Part shown: positions 20,444 through 28,376 of the stretch, one piece after another
How positions within the stretch are numbered: position 1 is the first letter of the stretch
Layout of the letters: every line of letters starts with the position of its first letter
NCBI GenBank assembly: GCA_027001995.1
Contig: JALTLO010000007.1
Span: 1 to 28,376, forward strand
Direction of reading: 5' to 3'
DNA from: Planctomycetota bacterium
Lineage (GTDB): Bacteria > Planctomycetota > GCA-002687715 > DRQF01
Length of the DNA: 28,376 nucleotides
The notes under the pieces: generated by a model
What the model was told of the DNA's origin: nothing
Database searches by the model: none
Seen by the model: the letters and a program-made list of their open reading frames with translations, nothing else
Made by a program: the position numbers and the translations under genes

Positions 20444-20486
20444 GAGGGGTGGCGGGTGATCGACTAATCGTCACACGCCGCCCCTC
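20444..20486. other. GC-rich hairpin downstream of the acyltransferase (terminator or REP-like)
   Basis: GAGGGGTGGCGGGTGATCGA-ctaa-TCGTCACACGCCGCCCCTC: imperfect stem, no U-tract. Confidence 0.5.
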
Positions 20487-20507
20487 GTCGGTGTGGAAGG
20501 TGTTTGA

Positions 20508-21251
20508 CTAGTCGTCGTATTCCGACGTCCAGTTGGCCTCGATCAGAGTCTGGGCGTCGGCGAGGATTTCTCGAGGGGTTTTATCAGCGATGTCTAAGGG
20601 TGGGAGCATCCTCACGGTCACAGGCCTACGCCGCAAGAACGGGATGAAGAACTTGGCCTTGGGACCATAAATAGGCACGATGGGAACGATGCGGACGTTG
20701 ATGCCTTCCTCCTTGATCAATTCCAAAGCTTCTTCGACCTCATGGACACTGCGGAGGCGATTAACTTTATGGCGATCTCGGGTGCCCTCAGGGAAGAAAC
20801 ACATGCATTGCCCTTCTCGAAGAACCTGGCGTCGGACCTCGGCCGCTTCGTCATTGACCTCACGCATCAAAGCCCTGAGTTCTTCTTTCGTCTTTCCTGA
20901 TGTGTGCCGCAGTCGCATGATGTCTTTGGAGCGCATCACAGGGAATCCGCCACACCACTTCAAGAATCCGATCACTTTTCCCAAGATTGGGTAGCCATGA
21001 AAGCTGCCCATCTCAAAATGCGGAAAGTTACCAATATATTTGCGGATGGCACGGGAGAGAACCGGGATATCCCAGTTGCTCACATGCTTGCCAATGACAA
21101 GAACGGCCCCTTTTTCAATGGGGGCTCCTTCCACCTTGAGCTTAAAGCAGACGGTGGCACCGATGTAACCGCTGAGATAGTAAGCCGTCAGATAGACGGG
21201 GCGCACCATGTGAGTCAATTGACCTCTCCGTTTCGAATAAGAGCCCCACAC
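20508..21251 (-). CDS. Lysophospholipid / 1-acyl-sn-glycerol-3-phosphate acyltransferase (PlsC family)
   Basis: HxxxxD motif KHVSNWD, GGFPVMR, FFPEGTR, IVPI. Confidence 0.88.
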   Translation of the reverse strand: MWGSYSKRRGQLTHMVRPVYLTAYYLSGYIGATVCFKLKVEGAPIEKGAVLVIGKHVSNWDIPVLSRAIRKYIGNFPHFEMGSFHGYPILGKVIGFLKWCGGFPVMRSKDIMRLRHTSGKTKEELRALMREVNDEAAEVRRQVLREGQCMCFFPEGTRDRHKVNRLRSVHEVEEALELIKEEGINVRIVPIVPIYGPKAKFFIPFLRRRPVTVRMLPPLDIADKTPREILADAQTLIEANWTSEYDD

Positions 21252-21259
21252 CTATACCC

Positions 21260-23548
21260 TTATTTGAGGATATCTTCCAAGGGACAGAGCAATTTTGTCT
21301 TTTCTGCCACTTGTTTTTCGAACATCTGGCGGGCCAATTCGAAGCGATAGATCATTTGAGCGTAGCTCTTGTGACTTCTTGGGTCGGATTTATCCTCTCC
21401 TTCTTGGGTCAAGCGCACCACATGAAAGCCCTCACCGGACAAGATCGGATTAGACACCTGGCCAACGGAGAGATTCATCACCGCCAGAGTGAAATTGCGA
21501 CCGTAGAGCTCATTCCACCATGGGCGAGGCCCTTCCGCAGTCCCGCTCTGCCAGATCGTTGAGGTGAAGTTCGGAACAGCAACCTGGGTATCCTCAGGCT
21601 TGATTTCTTCTCCAGCTCGAAGCTTTGCCACCAGATTCATGGCCTGCTTGTGCGTTTCCGTTCGCCGTTTCTTGGAAAAGAGTCCCCCATGGAAGGGATC
21701 GGTCAAGGGGAAGAAATAGTGATCGAAATACAAACGGCGTCTTTTGGTCACTTTTTCCTTCATAAAGCGTTCGACTTCAGAAGATTTGGGCACCCTGGTA
21801 TTCCGCACAATGAGCCCCTCAATCCGCTGACGATCCAAAAGCTGGACACGGGTAAGACCGGCCATCTGGGCCAAAGCGACCAAGGGGAAGTTCTGGGAAT
21901 CGGGAAGCTCTGGCCAATCGAGATTGGTGTTCTCCAACCAGATATCCAAGATCGTTTTCTCAGACAGTTTTTGCACCAAGCGAGCCAGCTCGCTTCTGCG
22001 AATGAACTGTTTCAAACGAGCCCAGGTCTCCGCCCGCGCAACCTCTCGAACTTGGCCACGATAGTGGATCCGAAAAGCGACTTGGTCATCTTGGACCTTC
22101 CGGTCAACCCGCAAACGGTTATGAAGTTGTCCCCAAATTCGCTGTCTCAACTGAGGAATCGACTCAATCTTGCCCTTGCGCTTGCGCTTGTTCCGGGCTC
22201 TCTGTGCCCGGTCAATGGCCATGAGACCAGCCAAGTGTTGAGCTCGGACGCGAACGGCATCAGAAGAACGCAACGGCAAGATCTGCATCAAGTCATTGGT
22301 ATTAATAAACCGCAGAGCCTCAGCGTGCTCAGTTTGATTGGGTTGACAATTCAGACGTTTGAGCTCGACGTCAATGATGTAGGAAGCCACGATCATGTCG
22401 ATCAGCTCAAATTCGAACACCCGTAGAGCTTCTTGCACCACGTCTTCTCGTTTGATCAGGCGTTGCGCCACTTGAATCATGGGTTTGTCTGCATCCGCGA
22501 TGATCTTGTCCAAAGACCATTTCTTGGGATTCAAGATCCCGGCTCTTTGCTTCTTGGTATCAGCCACCGTCAGCACATCTTCGCCACTGACAACACCCAA
22601 TTGTCCGGATCGAATTTGAACATTTCCGGCAGAGCTGCTGAAAATGGCCCAGCTCTTATCTTTGACCCGTACCAAGAGAATTTGCCCCAAAGACGCCGAC
22701 ATCGACGGCCTTTCGATTCCTCCGATGGAACGCGACGCCACGGTGATCTGGCCAGCACCTTTGAGACGACCTCGCTGCCCGCCGCCGGATTCAACAAAAA
22801 CCGCACCATTGCTAGCAGAAAAATCGTAGACCAAGGCCCCCTCCAAAACTCGCAATCCTAGCTTGCGGCCCTTGGCATCTCGGACGACCTGAACCCGACT
22901 CAAGGGCTTCACAAAGACGGTGCCACCACCACGCATCTTCACCAAAGCAGCCTGTCGTTCATCGGTCTGAATGTCATCCCCGGCCAAAACCGACACACTT
23001 TTGAGCTTGGCATCGAACGCCGGGATATCTTCAACAGCTTCGGGTACATCTTCCAAATAGGAGACGGAAGCAACTGTGGTGCTTAGCAACGGCGACTGAG
23101 AATTCTGTTTCGGCGCCAATGGATCGGTACGATTCATGGCGGCGGTGAACCACATCGCTGACACGAAAACAAGAAAGCAAGCTGCCATCGTCGCCATACG
23201 CTGGGCGCGCCATGTCCAGAATTGGGATTTTTCTTGGCTTAGGCGTCCACTCCGTTCTGCCTCTCGCAAGGCCCTGAGGGCCACATTCGGTCTGAAATTC
23301 TTGCGGCTCTCTGGCAAGGGCCGCTCAAAAACTCGCCGAAGGACAGCATCGGCTATGCCCACCTCCGCCACAGGCAACTCCATGGCTTTGACTAAGAGAT
23401 GTTCATACTTCAGGTCCGCTCGAGCACGGGCTGCATCAGGTCCAGAGCCCGTCAGATATTGTTCGACCAATTCCCGGTCGCTGTCGGTCAAATCGTCGGT
23501 GACGTACCGTTCCAACAATTTCTCGATATTTGCGCCTTGGTCACTCAC
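21260..23548 (-). CDS. Transmembrane anti-sigma factor with FecR-like domain fused to SurA/PrsA-like chaperone and parvulin PPIase domains
   Basis: N-terminal LLERYVTDDLTDSDRELVEQYL (anti-sigma-like); one TM; FecR-like AGDDIQT...VFVKPLSRVQV...LRVLEG; PrsA-like helices; parvulin motif FTLAVMNLSVGQVSNPILSGEGFHVVRL. GTGA overlap with the sigma gene. Confidence 0.72.
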   Translation of the reverse strand: MSDQGANIEKLLERYVTDDLTDSDRELVEQYLTGSGPDAARARADLKYEHLLVKAMELPVAEVGIADAVLRRVFERPLPESRKNFRPNVALRALREAERSGRLSQEKSQFWTWRAQRMATMAACFLVFVSAMWFTAAMNRTDPLAPKQNSQSPLLSTTVASVSYLEDVPEAVEDIPAFDAKLKSVSVLAGDDIQTDERQAALVKMRGGGTVFVKPLSRVQVVRDAKGRKLGLRVLEGALVYDFSASNGAVFVESGGGQRGRLKGAGQITVASRSIGGIERPSMSASLGQILLVRVKDKSWAIFSSSAGNVQIRSGQLGVVSGEDVLTVADTKKQRAGILNPKKWSLDKIIADADKPMIQVAQRLIKREDVVQEALRVFEFELIDMIVASYIIDVELKRLNCQPNQTEHAEALRFINTNDLMQILPLRSSDAVRVRAQHLAGLMAIDRAQRARNKRKRKGKIESIPQLRQRIWGQLHNRLRVDRKVQDDQVAFRIHYRGQVREVARAETWARLKQFIRRSELARLVQKLSEKTILDIWLENTNLDWPELPDSQNFPLVALAQMAGLTRVQLLDRQRIEGLIVRNTRVPKSSEVERFMKEKVTKRRRLYFDHYFFPLTDPFHGGLFSKKRRTETHKQAMNLVAKLRAGEEIKPEDTQVAVPNFTSTIWQSGTAEGPRPWWNELYGRNFTLAVMNLSVGQVSNPILSGEGFHVVRLTQEGEDKSDPRSHKSYAQMIYRFELARQMFEKQVAEKTKLLCPLEDILK

Positions 23549-24099
23549 TTAAGGTTCTCGCGTTCCAGCAATGGGGCAACTGTTTCTTTGAGTCGGGTCT
23601 TTGCTCGCCGCATCAGCGCGTCTACCGCCATAAATGACAATCCAAGAGTCGTAGCGATCTCGTCATAGCTGAGCTTGGCGAAATAGCGGAGCCTGAGAAC
23701 CTCCCGATAGCGATTGGGCAGGACTTCCAGACCTTTTTGCAAAGCGAATTCAATCGACTCTTGTTCATCATTCACGGCGATGGGAGCTTGAGGCTCATCT
23801 ACGTCGTCCAAGGCCCCGTGGGACTTGGCCCGGGCGGCCCAAAACTCTCTCACAACATTGCGGCAAATTCCGCGCAACCACGAATTGAATTTCTTTCTCT
23901 CCCGCAGGCGGTCCAGGCCCTTATAGACCCGAAAAAACACCTCCTGCCGCAGATCACAAAGCTCTTCGCGGTTACCGATCCGATCGACCAACAGGGCGGT
24001 CACCAAACGATCGCAGCGGTCTACCAAAGTGCGGAAGGCACCCTGATCCCCTGCAATAACACGGGTGAGCAACTTGTCGTCAATCAACGAACCGTTCAT
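23545..24099 (-). CDS. ECF-subfamily RNA polymerase sigma factor
   Basis: GDQGAFRTLV, DLRQEVFFRVY, FNSWLRGICRN, LPNRYREVLRLRY, SYDEIA, RRAKTRL. Confidence 0.93.
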   Translation of the reverse strand: MNGSLIDDKLLTRVIAGDQGAFRTLVDRCDRLVTALLVDRIGNREELCDLRQEVFFRVYKGLDRLRERKKFNSWLRGICRNVVREFWAARAKSHGALDDVDEPQAPIAVNDEQESIEFALQKGLEVLPNRYREVLRLRYFAKLSYDEIATTLGLSFMAVDALMRRAKTRLKETVAPLLERENLK

Positions 24100-24133
24100 A
24101 AGTTTTTGTGCGCCCCTTGGCCCAGCCTCGTCG

Positions 24134-24176
24134 AAAAACCAAAAAAACAACAAAGAATGAAACCTAAGCCATTCTT
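24134..24176 (-). terminator. Possible intrinsic terminator after the SLC13 gene
   Basis: Minus strand AAGAATG-gcttaggttt-CATTCTT followed by TGTTGTTTTTTTGGTTTTT. The stem is weak and AT-rich. Confidence 0.35.
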
Positions 24177-24230
24177 GCAAAACAACTTAAGCATTCAAAC
24201 CCAGTTCGTACCCAAACGAAAACGCCTGAC

Positions 24231-26045
24231 TTAGCCGTAAATGATGGGCAAGAGTGCCGTTGCCAGGATCGAGAATATCAACGTCAATGGCAAACCCAAT
24301 TTCAAGAAGTCTTTGAATCGATAGCCCCCAGGGCCATAGACGATCAAATTGGTGCCATAACCAATGGGTGTCAAGAAGCAGCAACTAGCCCCGAAAGCCA
24401 CAGCCATCACAAAGGGCATGGCCGCCTCCGGACTGGCTCCCACATCTTTCGCCAAGGCGAATTGCATCCCCGCCGCGTAGGCCAATGGTGTCATCACCGC
24501 CGCAGCAGCGTTATTCGACAAGACCTGAGTAATCAGTGCAGTGAAACAAAAGATGCCGCAGATCGCCGCCCGCTCCCCGTAAGGAGACGTGAACGACACC
24601 AAATGCTCGGCGATCAAGGACGCCAGGCCCGTACGATCAAAGGCCGCCCCCAGGCTCATGGTGCCACCCAAAAGAAAAAGGACATCCCAATCCAAAGAAG
24701 CGTAGGCCTCATTGGCCGTGACACAACGCCCAATCACCATGACAAGAGCCGCGGCGAGGGCTGCCACATGAACATGAGAAGGCATGGCCATCGCCAAACC
24801 CAGGAAGATCAAAATGCCAAAAATGGCCACCGGGGCCTTAAACGTGTGAGGAATACGGGCGGCCACACCTTCGACCACGAAGAACGCATCTGAAACCTTA
24901 AGGTTTTCTAAGTTTTGCACTGGCCCCTGAACCAAAAGGATATCCCCAGGCTTAAGGCTCAGGTCTTCAACCTTCTCCCGCAAATGTGATCCATGACGCT
25001 GAACAGCGAAGATCCCCACTCCATAGCGTTCACGGAATCCAACATCTTGCACCCGGCGCCCCACCCAGCGAGACCCTGGCTTCACGATGACCTCCACCAG
25101 GCTCATAGCCACCCTCCTGGTGTGTATTGAGTCTTCCTCCACACTGAGGTTCACGGTTCTCATGACCCCCGTTTCACCACTTCGATGAAGTTGTATGATG
25201 GTGGCGGGGTCACCCTTGATCAGAAGAAGATCCCCAGCTCGAAGCTCTATGTTCGGGTCGGCGGCGTGTATAACGTCATTGCGAATATGCTGAAGAACCC
25301 GCACAGACTTACCCTGAGTTGGTATGAATTCACAGATTTTCTTGCCGACAAATTTGGAGTTAGCCACGATCTCCATTTCGGTCATGTACTCCGCCTGCAT
25401 GTTGCTCCCCAAACCGAGAGACGCACGAGCCGGAAGGAGTTTGTCGCCTAAGAAAACAATAAATGCCACACCCACCACGGCAAGAATGATTCCCATGGGC
25501 ATGAAGTCGAACGTTTTCATTTCAAGAGGCGGTTCGACGGCGGATGCCACCACGATGTTGGTGGAAGTTCCGATTTTTGTACACATGCCTCCCATGATGG
25601 AAACAAAAGAAAGCGGAATCAGCATCTTACTGGGGGCCTTGCCCAAGCGCGTTGCCAACCCCAACATCACCGGCATGAAAATGAGAACGAGAGGGGTATT
25701 GTTCATGAAGGCAGAGCCAACCAACACAAACAAAAGCAGGATGATGTAGTGGCGCTTCGACTCAACACCTTCGGGCATGAAGCGGTTCACCATGAGCCCC
25801 ACCGCCCCGGTACGAGTGATTCCCGCGGAAATCACAAACATCGCCGCCACGGCAATAACTGCCGGGTTAATGAGACCAACAAATGCCTCATTGTGAGGGG
25901 CCACTCCTTCGCCCACCAAAAAGTTTCCCAAAACCAAGAACCCAATGGACGTCAACCCGGTAATCCCCGGAGGCAAAATTTCGGCCACCAACAGCACAAG
26001 GGTGCCGAAAAGAACAGATAGAACCCAATACTGTTCTGGTGTCAT
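24231..26045 (-). CDS. SLC13/DASS family permease with two TrkA-C (RCK_C) domains
   Basis: SAFMNNT, LIPLSF, GGMCTKIGTSTN, two RCK_C repeats (LRAGDLLLIKG, LKPGDILLVQG), SNNAAA, FLTPIGYGTNLIVYGPGGYRFKDF. Confidence 0.93.
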   Translation of the reverse strand: MTPEQYWVLSVLFGTLVLLVAEILPPGITGLTSIGFLVLGNFLVGEGVAPHNEAFVGLINPAVIAVAAMFVISAGITRTGAVGLMVNRFMPEGVESKRHYIILLLFVLVGSAFMNNTPLVLIFMPVMLGLATRLGKAPSKMLIPLSFVSIMGGMCTKIGTSTNIVVASAVEPPLEMKTFDFMPMGIILAVVGVAFIVFLGDKLLPARASLGLGSNMQAEYMTEMEIVANSKFVGKKICEFIPTQGKSVRVLQHIRNDVIHAADPNIELRAGDLLLIKGDPATIIQLHRSGETGVMRTVNLSVEEDSIHTRRVAMSLVEVIVKPGSRWVGRRVQDVGFRERYGVGIFAVQRHGSHLREKVEDLSLKPGDILLVQGPVQNLENLKVSDAFFVVEGVAARIPHTFKAPVAIFGILIFLGLAMAMPSHVHVAALAAALVMVIGRCVTANEAYASLDWDVLFLLGGTMSLGAAFDRTGLASLIAEHLVSFTSPYGERAAICGIFCFTALITQVLSNNAAAAVMTPLAYAAGMQFALAKDVGASPEAAMPFVMAVAFGASCCFLTPIGYGTNLIVYGPGGYRFKDFLKLGLPLTLIFSILATALLPIIYG

Positions 26046-26058
26046 AGGACAGGCCTTC

Positions 26059-26072
26059 TTGATCTCAATCAA
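26059..26072. promoter_or_regulatory. FNR-type box TTGAT-N4-ATCAA
   Basis: TTGATCTCAATCAA is an exact consensus match, in the divergent SLC13/ROK intergenic region. Confidence 0.45.
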
Positions 26073-26236
26073 CTCTGCAAGAAACGGTGGACATCGTCCA
26101 CCCATCCCGCCATCTGGACTCGGATTATACGTCACGGCCCAGGAAATAGCAGCCATGCAAAAGGCCAAATGACCATCTCAAGACTCTTGTGAAGAATGGA
26201 AGCACGATTTTCCTTCTTCTGAGTAGAATGGCCACC

Positions 26237-27211
26237 ATGAAAAACCCCAATCAAGAGCTTGTCTTATCCATCGACATTGGCGGCTCCAAAACGGCAACGG
26301 CCCTGGTCGACAAGAATGGCCAAGTCAAAGGACAAGACCAATTCCCCACAGAGGTAGCACGAGGCCCCCAAGATCTTTGCCACCGGATTCATAACAGTTT
26401 CACTTCAAAACTCGGGGTGAAAGACTTTTCGACATTCTTAGGCGGTGGCATAAGCGCTCCTGGTCCCCTCTCTTCGTCATCTGGGTGTTTCTTAAATCCT
26501 CCTAACATGCCCGGCTGGCATGGATTCCCAATCAAAAAGGAATTGGAAGAGATCCTTGGCTGCTCCTTAGAGTTGATGAATGACGCCAATGCCGCCGCCT
26601 ATGGGGAATACGCTTATGGCGCGGGAAAAGGCTCTCAGACGATGATCTTCTTCACCATGAGTACAGGTATGGGAGCTGGTCTTATCATTGGCGGTCAACT
26701 CCATGAGGGCATAGACGACATGGCCGGGGAGGTAGGACACACCATCGTCAATCCTGGAGGCCCTATCGGATTCGGGCGCAGTGGTTCCTTGGAAGGTTAT
26801 TGCAGTGGCCCAGGTATCGCCCAATTAGCGGTAGGAAAACTCATCCAAGCGCTTCATCGCGATCACAAGAGTCTGCTATTCGATCTCAACAAGGACTGGC
26901 GCTTGGTCACCTGCGAGGACGTGGGGGCGGCAGCCCGCCAAGGAGATTCTCTGGCCCAAGATTGTTTCCGGGAGTGTGGCGAAAAATTAGGCATCTTTTG
27001 CGCCGACTTGGTCGACCTCCTGAACCCAGAGGTCATCGTCTTGGGCACCATTGGCCGACTCTACGCAGATTTCATCATCCCCGCCGCAGAAGCGGAGATA
27101 AAGAGAATCGCCCACCCTCCAGGCGCAAACCGGGTCAAGATCATAGGAGCAGGCTTAGCGCAATCACTGCCTAGCTTGGCTGGAGCTGCTGCATTTTGGG
27201 CCAGACAATGA
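26237..27211 (+). CDS. ROK family sugar kinase (glucokinase-like)
   Basis: SIDIGGSK, GISAPGP, MNDANAAAYGE, STGMGAG, AGEVGH, LNPEVIVLG. No N-terminal HTH. Start at 26228 or 26237. Confidence 0.92.
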   Translation: MKNPNQELVLSIDIGGSKTATALVDKNGQVKGQDQFPTEVARGPQDLCHRIHNSFTSKLGVKDFSTFLGGGISAPGPLSSSSGCFLNPPNMPGWHGFPIKKELEEILGCSLELMNDANAAAYGEYAYGAGKGSQTMIFFTMSTGMGAGLIIGGQLHEGIDDMAGEVGHTIVNPGGPIGFGRSGSLEGYCSGPGIAQLAVGKLIQALHRDHKSLLFDLNKDWRLVTCEDVGAAARQGDSLAQDCFRECGEKLGIFCADLVDLLNPEVIVLGTIGRLYADFIIPAAEAEIKRIAHPPGANRVKIIGAGLAQSLPSLAGAAAFWARQ

Positions 27212-27215
27212 AGCC

Positions 27216-28058
27216 TCAAGAAAAGGTGCCGATGGACGTGCCCAAGCGTATCGGCTGCCCGACCTCCAAGGGATCAAGCTGAAAGTCATTGTCAGCGATT
27301 AACAAGATCACCGTTGAGCCCAACTGAAACACCCCTAAGTCAGCTCCCCGCGCCAGCTCAATCTCAGGGGACTCATGCCGTATGTCTCGCCGAGGCCCAC
27401 CGCGGTTGCTCACGAGGCTATCATAGGCCAGTGCGATGCTGCCCACATTGGTGGCCCCCACCATGGCAACTGCAATGGGCCCTTTGTCGGTCTCCATGAA
27501 ACTGGTGACCCGCTCGTTGACCGCAAACAGAGATGGAATTGAGCGAACCGCTGCTCGATTCACCGGCCACAATGTTCCGGGTTCATAAATCGTTCGCAGG
27601 ACTTTCCCAGCTCTTGGGGTGTGAATCCGATGGTAGTCCTTCGGCGACAAGTAGAGAGTAATGAAAGAACCACCCTCATATTTATTGGCTTCTTCCTCGT
27701 CACCAAGAAAGGCTGCCACGCCATAGTCCAGACCTTTGGCCTGCAGAAGCCGCCCAGCCTCAATCTTGCCGTGAGCGCCGATAGCACCATCAACCGGTGA
27801 AATCAGAGTTTTCAGATCTTCCGTTATGGGCCGAGCCCCAGCTTTTAGGCGGCGCGTAAAAAGCGCCAAAAGCGAAGGGTAATCAGCCATGGGTTTTTCG
27901 GCTTCCGACATGTCCATATTGAACCTGCCAGCAAACCACCTCATAAATGGCCCCACGAAAAAACGCGGTCGTTCCAAACGGGCGACCCAGCCAAAAGCAC
28001 GGGATATAAGGTTGCGTGGCAAGAACCGTACAACTCTGAGGGCTAAGGTATCAGACAT
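27216..28058 (-). CDS. psd: Phosphatidylserine decarboxylase proenzyme
   Basis: FTRRLKAGARP, SPVDG, YLSPKDYHRIH, NERV, VGATNVGSI, and the LGST autocleavage motif. Confidence 0.94.
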   Translation of the reverse strand: MSDTLALRVVRFLPRNLISRAFGWVARLERPRFFVGPFMRWFAGRFNMDMSEAEKPMADYPSLLALFTRRLKAGARPITEDLKTLISPVDGAIGAHGKIEAGRLLQAKGLDYGVAAFLGDEEEANKYEGGSFITLYLSPKDYHRIHTPRAGKVLRTIYEPGTLWPVNRAAVRSIPSLFAVNERVTSFMETDKGPIAVAMVGATNVGSIALAYDSLVSNRGGPRRDIRHESPEIELARGADLGVFQLGSTVILLIADNDFQLDPLEVGQPIRLGTSIGTFS

Positions 28059-28376
28059 GTTGGGGCGATTCTGTCTTTCCTGGGGACTGAGCGCAAGCTC
28101 TGCCAACTTCAATCATAAGATCTTTGGTAAGAGAGAGTGCCTTAGCATCAGGTGAGAGGCAAAATCAGGCGAAACCTTGCTCCTGGTCCGTCATGAGGCA
28201 GCAAAACGAGATCCCCCCCCAACCCTTGGGCCAAGTCACGGCCCAAAGAAAGTCCCAAACCCAACCCCGAAAAGCCGTCCAGATGACTGCCGGCCCCTCG
28301 GTGGAACTCCTGAAACACTTTTTTCTCTTCCCCTCCTTTGACTCCGGGACCAAAATCCCGCAGCTCAAGAAAAAGT

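Noticed and set aside
21650..24234. + strand ORFs of 258, 142, 138 and 165 aa
   Set aside because: Antisense to the anti-sigma and sigma genes, with no protein-like motifs.
28165..28368. 67-aa ORF and C8 tract (28213-28220) upstream of psd
   Set aside because: No RBS or motif supports the ORF. Eight C residues in intergenic DNA are too few to claim phase variation.

Overview
Bacterial chromosomal window of mostly housekeeping and envelope genes. A Planctomycetota-like origin is suggested by the ECF sigma/FecR pair, a signal-peptide YyaL and the parC-parE order, but this is inference only. Left to right: a partial secreted G8-domain protein absent from the ORF track, whose 5' end is frameshifted by an (AGTTCAGC)4 repeat; a truncated Rpn/YhgA nuclease; an NtrC-type sigma54 regulator and its HAMP/Cys-rich PAS kinase; an HTH-like protein; M28 peptidase; pdxB; parC-parE; a single-domain receiver; two AAA_14/DUF4143 ATPase-nuclease paralogs with palindromic, apparently leaderless promoters; FKBP; a histone deacetylase-family enzyme; YyaL; a PlsC-like acyltransferase; an ECF sigma with an anti-sigma/FecR/SurA-parvulin fusion; SLC13 permease; ROK kinase; psd. 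The best candidates for new biology are (1) the chaperone-fused anti-sigma system, (2) the possible phase-variation switch in the G8 gene and (3) the operator architecture of the two ATPase-nuclease genes. No rRNA, tRNA or CRISPR array was seen. All family calls come from motif recognition by eye, not database searches.
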